Part shown: positions 58,680 to 64,000 of the stretch, one piece after another
How positions within the stretch are numbered: position 1 is the first letter of the stretch
How the letters are laid out: every line of letters starts with the position of its first letter
Assembly (NCBI GenBank): GCA_964636965.1
Contig: CAZWST010000001.1
Span: 16,302 to 80,301, forward strand
Direction: 5' to 3'
DNA from: an uncultured Muribaculaceae bacterium
GTDB lineage: Bacteria; Bacillota_I; Bacilli_A; RF39; UBA660
DNA length: 64,000 nt
The notes under the pieces: model-generated
The model's input: the letters and a program-made list of their open reading frames with translations, nothing else
What the model was told of the DNA's origin: nothing
Databases searched by the model: none
Translations under genes and position numbers: made by a program

Positions 58680-59378
58680 ATGGGAGATGTACAAAATAAA
58701 AAAGAATATACTGAATTATATTTTCAAAGTGATGAAGATAGATTGGGAGATAAAGGAACTTTAGAACATTTTATTGAGTTAGATAAAACAGATGAAGTTA
58801 TTAGTAAATGTGAAGATTTATTTGCTAAAGCTTTTAAATTTGCACGTGATAAGGGAATACCTGTTAGCTTTTTACAAATAACAACATTTATTGGTGTAAT
58901 AGTCACTTCTGAATATGAAAAGAGAAGAATGGATTTCTTTGAAGAATATTATAATTCTTCTACTGCTTATGATAGGGATACTATAAACAGAGAATATGAT
59001 AAATTAATGGATGATATAGATGGTAATGTTTCTCATGATTATGTTCCTGTAGAATTTTTCTTTAATACTTTGTTTTCTGGTGTTGAGGGTGCTGATATGG
59101 ATAAGTATGCTTATGATAATGGTATTGACATAAGCGAGACAGGAGACTGGATGGTTAAAGGAATAGTTAATTATAATGAGTTTATTCGTAAAATGAGAAA
59201 TTCTGGCTTTACAGTTAGTTTTTCTACTTATGATGAAACAGGTTCAGAAGATGTATCGTTTGATAAGTTATTATCTTTATTAAAATCATCAGGTTTTGAT
59301 ACGAGCATTGATGTTGTTTTTGACACAAGAAAAGCAAAACAGACTATGAAGCAAAGACGTATTTATAAAAAATACTAG
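58680..59378 (+). CDS. Hypothetical protein
   Basis: ATG 58680 after AGGAGA; the ORF-track extension to 58617 is unlikely. Confidence 0.6.
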   Translation: MGDVQNKKEYTELYFQSDEDRLGDKGTLEHFIELDKTDEVISKCEDLFAKAFKFARDKGIPVSFLQITTFIGVIVTSEYEKRRMDFFEEYYNSSTAYDRDTINREYDKLMDDIDGNVSHDYVPVEFFFNTLFSGVEGADMDKYAYDNGIDISETGDWMVKGIVNYNEFIRKMRNSGFTVSFSTYDETGSEDVSFDKLLSLLKSSGFDTSIDVVFDTRKAKQTMKQRRIYKKY

Positions 59379-59449
59379 TTTAATTAGTCATTATCTATAA
59401 AAATTAATTTATTTATGCTATAATGTTTCATAGTGGAAGGTAAATTAAT

Positions 59450-61540
59450 ATGGCTAAATTAAATAAAAAAATTAAGTCTTTTAGAAAAAAACTTAAAAAC
59501 TTTGATTTTTCCCTTTTTATTCGTAAAAATAAAAAGAATTATGCAAACTTTTTTAGATATAATGTCCAATTTATTTCTTATGTTTTATTGTGTCTTCTTA
59601 GTTGTTCTTTATTAAGAACTTTCACGATTGGTAAATTTTTTGATTTAGGTGCAATATTTTTTGATTTAGCTTTAATTCTTGTGTTTGGGGCTTTTGCCTA
59701 TCTTTTTAAACCGAGAAAACAGTTTCCTTATTTTCTTACAATTATGATTGTTATTACGATAATGAATGTTATTAACTCTGTTTATTATTCTTTCTTTAAT
59801 TCTTATGCATCTTTTGGATTACTTGCATCTTTAAGTCAAACAGGAGAAGTTACAGATGCTGTTTATGAAAAAATAAAACTAACTCATTTAATATATATTA
59901 TTTTACCAGTAATTTATTATTTTATTCATAAGTACTTAGTAAAGAAAGATTACTTTAGTGTTGTTGAGAAGATTGAAGTAGGTAAGAAACTATTTATTGA
60001 AGTTTTATTATTTAGTGGAATTTGTTTATCTATTAATGTTGCTTTTCTTACAGGTACTGATGTTTCGAGATTTTCTAAACAATGGAATAGGGAATATAAT
60101 GTTGAGAGATTTGGTATAATTGTTTATCAACTTAATGATGGTGTACAAACTATTATTAATAGGCTTAGTTCTTTATTTGGATATGAAGAGGCTGTAGAAA
60201 GATTTACAACTTACTTTAAAGAAAATCCTTATAAGCATGAAGAAAATGAATATACTGGCTTATTTGAAGGGTATAATGTTGTCGTGATGCACTTGGAAAG
60301 TATTATGTCTTTCTTAATTGATTTAAAAATAAATGGTGAAGAAGTTACTCCTAATTTAAATAAATTAGTTAAAGAGTCCATGTACTTTGATAATTTCTAT
60401 CCACAAGTAAGTGCCGGAACTTCAAGTGATACAGAATTTACTTTTTCATCAAGTTTGATGCCTGTTCAAAGTGGTACTGTCTTTGTATCTTACTATAATA
60501 GAAGTTATATAACACTTCAAAATTTACTAGCTGATAAAGGTTATTATACATTTTCAATGCATGGTAATAAAGCAAGTATGTGGAATAGAAATAAAATGCA
60601 TCCAAAGCTTGGGTATATGGATTTTTATTCACAAGATCACTATACAATAGATGAAGAAGTTGGTTTAGGTTTATCGGATCATTCATTCTTTAAACAAAGT
60701 GAATCTATTATTAAAGATATTAATACAATGGTAAATGATACAGATGAATATAATAATTATATGGGTACTATTATAACATTATCTAATCATACACCTTTTA
60801 TGAAAGATGGTATTCCTTTTTCAAATTTTGATGTAACATATCATACAGGAAAAAAAGATATTCTTGGAAATGAAATAATATATGATTATTTAGAAGAAAA
60901 AGATTTGACTATGATGGGTAATTATATTAAAAGTGTTCATTATGCTGATAAATGTTTAGGTGAATATTTAGATTATGTTAGAAGTAATCACGAATATGAT
61001 AAGACTTTATTTGTTCTTTATGGAGATCATGCAGCACAGTTATCGAGAAAAGAATTTGGAAGGTTTATTAATTATGATTTCTTAACAGGAGAGCAAAGAG
61101 AAGAAAGTGATCCAAAGTATGTAGATTATGATTACTATGAGAATGAACTATTTAAGAAAACTCCATTAATTCTATGGACTAAAGATAAAAAGATTACTGG
61201 TAAGATTAGTTATCCAATGGGAATGATTGATTGTTTACCAACACTTGCTAATATGTTAGGAATTGTTAATAAATATCAACTGGGACATGATATATTTTCT
61301 ATTAAAGATGATAATGTAGTGGTTTTTCCAAATGGAAATTTCTTAACTAATAAAGTTTATTATAATAATTCAAAGAATGAGACTAAAATATTCTTTGAGT
61401 CAGAAATATTAGATGATGATTATATAGATAAAAGAAGAAAATATGCTGATGAAATATTAACTATATCAAATGATATAATCGTCTATAATTTAATTGAGAG
61501 AGTTGTTAATGCAGAGAGTAAAGTAGGTGGAAAGATATGA
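59450..61540 (+). CDS. LTA synthase family protein (membrane-anchored sulfatase-fold)
   Basis: 5 TM N-domain, extracellular domain with MHLES, LSNHTPF, LYGDH motifs. Confidence 0.8.
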   Translation: MAKLNKKIKSFRKKLKNFDFSLFIRKNKKNYANFFRYNVQFISYVLLCLLSCSLLRTFTIGKFFDLGAIFFDLALILVFGAFAYLFKPRKQFPYFLTIMIVITIMNVINSVYYSFFNSYASFGLLASLSQTGEVTDAVYEKIKLTHLIYIILPVIYYFIHKYLVKKDYFSVVEKIEVGKKLFIEVLLFSGICLSINVAFLTGTDVSRFSKQWNREYNVERFGIIVYQLNDGVQTIINRLSSLFGYEEAVERFTTYFKENPYKHEENEYTGLFEGYNVVVMHLESIMSFLIDLKINGEEVTPNLNKLVKESMYFDNFYPQVSAGTSSDTEFTFSSSLMPVQSGTVFVSYYNRSYITLQNLLADKGYYTFSMHGNKASMWNRNKMHPKLGYMDFYSQDHYTIDEEVGLGLSDHSFFKQSESIIKDINTMVNDTDEYNNYMGTIITLSNHTPFMKDGIPFSNFDVTYHTGKKDILGNEIIYDYLEEKDLTMMGNYIKSVHYADKCLGEYLDYVRSNHEYDKTLFVLYGDHAAQLSRKEFGRFINYDFLTGEQREESDPKYVDYDYYENELFKKTPLILWTKDKKITGKISYPMGMIDCLPTLANMLGIVNKYQLGHDIFSIKDDNVVVFPNGNFLTNKVYYNNSKNETKIFFESEILDDDYIDKRRKYADEILTISNDIIVYNLIERVVNAESKVGGKI

Positions 61541-62193
61541 GTAAGAAAAAAGAAAAAAAAGAGTTGTCTGATACTAAAAGAATTGTTCTTTTTACAATAG
61601 TTATTGTTTTAGTTGTTAGTTTAATTGGAGTTATTTCTTTCTTTGTCTTAAAAGATAAAGAAAACAAAACTGAAAGTGAGACTACTAAAACCAATACCCA
61701 AGAAATAGCTGGATATGGTATTACCGTAGATGATTTAGATTCTGAGTATTATCGTGTTGAATTTGCAAAATTAAAAGAAAATCTTGAAAGTGGAAATATT
61801 GATAATGATGCATATGCTGAGAGTATAGCTAAACTATTTTTAATAGATTTATATACGATTAAGACTAAGATTAATAAATATGATATTGGTGGTATTGAAG
61901 AAGTTATACCAGAAGCAAGAGATAATTATGTTACTAATGTAACTGACACTATTTATAAATATGTAGAAGATAATACTAATGGAAAAAGAAATCAAAGTCT
62001 TCCTGTGGTATCAGAAATTAAGATAAATAATGTTAAAACTTCAGAGTTTAAGTTAAATAATAGTAATACTAAATTACCATCTTATGTATTTGATGCAGAA
62101 ATAATTTATAGTAGTGATTTAGGTTATGATACTAAAGCAGAAGTAACTGTTGTAAATCGTGATAATTTTATGTATGTAGTAGAAAAGAATTAG
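61537..62193 (+). CDS. Membrane-anchored hypothetical protein
   Basis: ATGA overlap with the ltaS-like stop; single TM then a soluble domain. Confidence 0.6.
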   Translation: MSKKKEKKELSDTKRIVLFTIVIVLVVSLIGVISFFVLKDKENKTESETTKTNTQEIAGYGITVDDLDSEYYRVEFAKLKENLESGNIDNDAYAESIAKLFLIDLYTIKTKINKYDIGGIEEVIPEARDNYVTNVTDTIYKYVEDNTNGKRNQSLPVVSEIKINNVKTSEFKLNNSNTKLPSYVFDAEIIYSSDLGYDTKAEVTVVNRDNFMYVVEKN

Positions 62194-62252
62194 TTTTAAT
62201 TCTTTTTTTCGTTTATTTATGTTATTATAGAAGATAAAAAAGAGATGATTAT

Positions 62253-63785
62253 ATGGAAAACATTAGAATTATAGGGAAAAATTATAACTTTGATGATTTA
62301 GTTACTTATGGAGACTATATGGCTAAAGTAAAACCAGAAGAGAAGTTTGGTAAAGCTAAAGTTATATTAGTTACAGCAACTACTCCAACTAAGTATGGTG
62401 AAGGGAAAACCACAGTAGCTATTGGGCTTTCAGATGCATTAAATATTAAGGGACATAAATCTATAGTGAATTTAAGAGAGCCATCTATGGGACCTGTATT
62501 TGGACTTAAAGGTGGAGCAACTGGTGGAGGTAACTCAAAAATATTACCAGAAAATGAAATTAACTTACATTTTACGGGAGATTTTCATGCAATAACAACA
62601 GCTAATAATTTGATTTCTTCAGTTATAGATAATGAAATTTATCATGATAATAAATTGGATATTGCAAATGTGACATTTAATAGATGTTTAGATATTAATG
62701 ATCGAGCTTTAAGACATGTTAAATTAAATGGAAGAGATGAAGAATTCTCTATTACTGCTGCTAGTGAAATAATGGCAGTATTTACTCTTGCAAAAGATAT
62801 GAATGATTTAAGAAGACGATTAGATGATATCGTGATTGGATATAACTCTCGAATGAATCCAATTCACTTAAGTGCTCTTTCAATTACAGATGCTTTACTT
62901 GGAATTTTAGAAAATGCTTTTAAACCTAACTTAGTTCAAACAAGTGGTGGTTATGCAAGTTTAGTTCATGGTGGACCTTTTGCCAATATTGCACATGGAT
63001 GTTCTTCAATTATCTCTTTAAAGACTGCAACTAATCATGCTGATTATGTAGTTACTGAAGCTGGTTTCGGAGCAGATGCTGGAGCATATAAATTTATGGA
63101 TATTTTAACTCGTGATAATAAATTTGATTTAAATGCTATAGTTTTAGTTACAACTGTTAGAGCATTAAAAGAATGCGGCGATGGTTCTTTAGAAAGTGGT
63201 ATATATAATTTAAAAACTCATGTTAATAACTTGCTACTTATGAACAATAATGTAATTGTTACCATAAATAAATTTAGTGATGATACGGAAGAAGATATTA
63301 ATTTTATTAAAGATTATTCAAGTGCTTTAGGAGTTAAGAGTGTCGTTAATGAAGTATTTGATAAAGGTGGAATTGGAGCTTTAGATCTTGCTCACGAGGT
63401 ACTTCTTACTTCCGAAAAGAATAAGATTAATTATCTATATGACTTGGAAGATAATCTTTATTCGAAGATAGATACGTATGTTAAGAATATTTGTCATGCT
63501 GAAGGTTTTACTTGTTCATTTGAAGTTATGAACAAAATAAATTATTTAGATAAATATAAATATCCGATATGTGTTGCTAAGACTCAATATAGTTTGGGTG
63601 ATGATAAAAATTTAAAAGGAGATATTAGTAATAAAAAGATGGTTTTAACTAATATTGAAGTTAAGAATGGAGCTAAATTAATAGTTTGCTATTTTGGATC
63701 TATTCTTACTATGCCAGGGTTAAGTGAAAATCCAAGTGTTAAAGAAATTACTTATAAAGATGGAATCCTTACTTTGCCTAGATAA
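62253..63785 (+). CDS. fhs: Formate-tetrahydrofolate ligase (short form)
   Basis: PTKYGEGKTT, EPSMGPVFGLKGGATGGG, NLHFTGDFHAI; 510 aa. Confidence 0.9.
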   Translation: MENIRIIGKNYNFDDLVTYGDYMAKVKPEEKFGKAKVILVTATTPTKYGEGKTTVAIGLSDALNIKGHKSIVNLREPSMGPVFGLKGGATGGGNSKILPENEINLHFTGDFHAITTANNLISSVIDNEIYHDNKLDIANVTFNRCLDINDRALRHVKLNGRDEEFSITAASEIMAVFTLAKDMNDLRRRLDDIVIGYNSRMNPIHLSALSITDALLGILENAFKPNLVQTSGGYASLVHGGPFANIAHGCSSIISLKTATNHADYVVTEAGFGADAGAYKFMDILTRDNKFDLNAIVLVTTVRALKECGDGSLESGIYNLKTHVNNLLLMNNNVIVTINKFSDDTEEDINFIKDYSSALGVKSVVNEVFDKGGIGALDLAHEVLLTSEKNKINYLYDLEDNLYSKIDTYVKNICHAEGFTCSFEVMNKINYLDKYKYPICVAKTQYSLGDDKNLKGDISNKKMVLTNIEVKNGAKLIVCYFGSILTMPGLSENPSVKEITYKDGILTLPR

Positions 63786-63791
63786 AAAAAT

Positions 63792-63820
63792 AAGAGCTAA
63801 TTTTTAGCTCTTTATTTTTT
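63792..63820. terminator. Bidirectional terminator
   Basis: AAGAGCTA / TAGCTCTT stem with flanking A and T runs. Confidence 0.7.
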
Positions 63821-64000
63821 TAATCTTCATCTAAATGAGTAAATAGGATACCAACATTAATCAAACCTGTTAATCCTACAATTGAGTAAATAACTCTTGC
63901 GATTACAGATCCCACACCAAATACTGATTCAATTATATTGATGTCTAGTAAACCTATAAATCCCCAGTTAAGCGCTCCAATGATAGTAATAACTAAACAC
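63820..64000 (-). CDS. DUF378-like small membrane protein (5' end outside window)
   Basis: Translated by hand: ...IIGALNWGFIGLLDINIIESVFGVGSVIARVIYSIVGLTGLINVGILFTHLDEDD, stop at 63820-63822. Confidence 0.6.
   Translation of the reverse strand, partial: CLVITIIGALNWGFIGLLDINIIESVFGVGSVIARVIYSIVGLTGLINVGILFTHLDED

Noticed and set aside
62253-63785. fhs as a truncated pseudogene (510 aa versus about 555 typical)
   Set aside because: The ATP-binding and folate-site motifs are intact, the frame is uninterrupted, and it has its own promoter, RBS and terminator. It is more likely a naturally short form.

Overview
Low-GC Gram-positive (Bacillota-type) chromosomal segment, standard genetic code. 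It is densely packed with short, mostly monocistronic units, each with a TGnTATAAT extended -10, an AGGTGA-type RBS and a hairpin terminator. Recognisable housekeeping genes are ldh, fhs, an LtaS-type synthase, a GH3 hexosaminidase and tRNA-Gly(GCC). There is also a Bce-like ABC transporter with a two-component system, and a TetR-controlled ABC exporter cluster. The rest is accessory and unusually rich in nucleic-acid base-surveillance genes. These comprise 2 UDG-superfamily and 2 EndoIII-like HhH glycosylase homologs, 5 ASCH-domain paralogs, 2 Nudix, HAD and NT5C phosphatases, a DUF1848 protein with a CX3CX2C motif, a truncated RlmN/Cfr-like radical SAM enzyme, and a divergent PurA/PurZ-like protein. 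Main candidates for something new: (1) a tightly coupled four-gene operon at 9.4-12.9 kb (HhH glycosylase-like, UDG-like, unknown, PurA/PurZ-like); (2) an ASCH gene followed by a 1205-aa STAND NTPase with a nuclease-like head, on a roughly 10 kb mobilizable island at 47.6-57.6 kb. That island also carries an HpaII-like R-M pair, a MobV relaxase, a candidate oriT and a large serine recombinase; (3) a recurring pattern of an ASCH gene paired with different partners (glycosylase, DUF1848, STAND). No CRISPR array, rRNA or obvious prophage structural genes were seen. All homology calls come from motif recognition by eye and need database confirmation.
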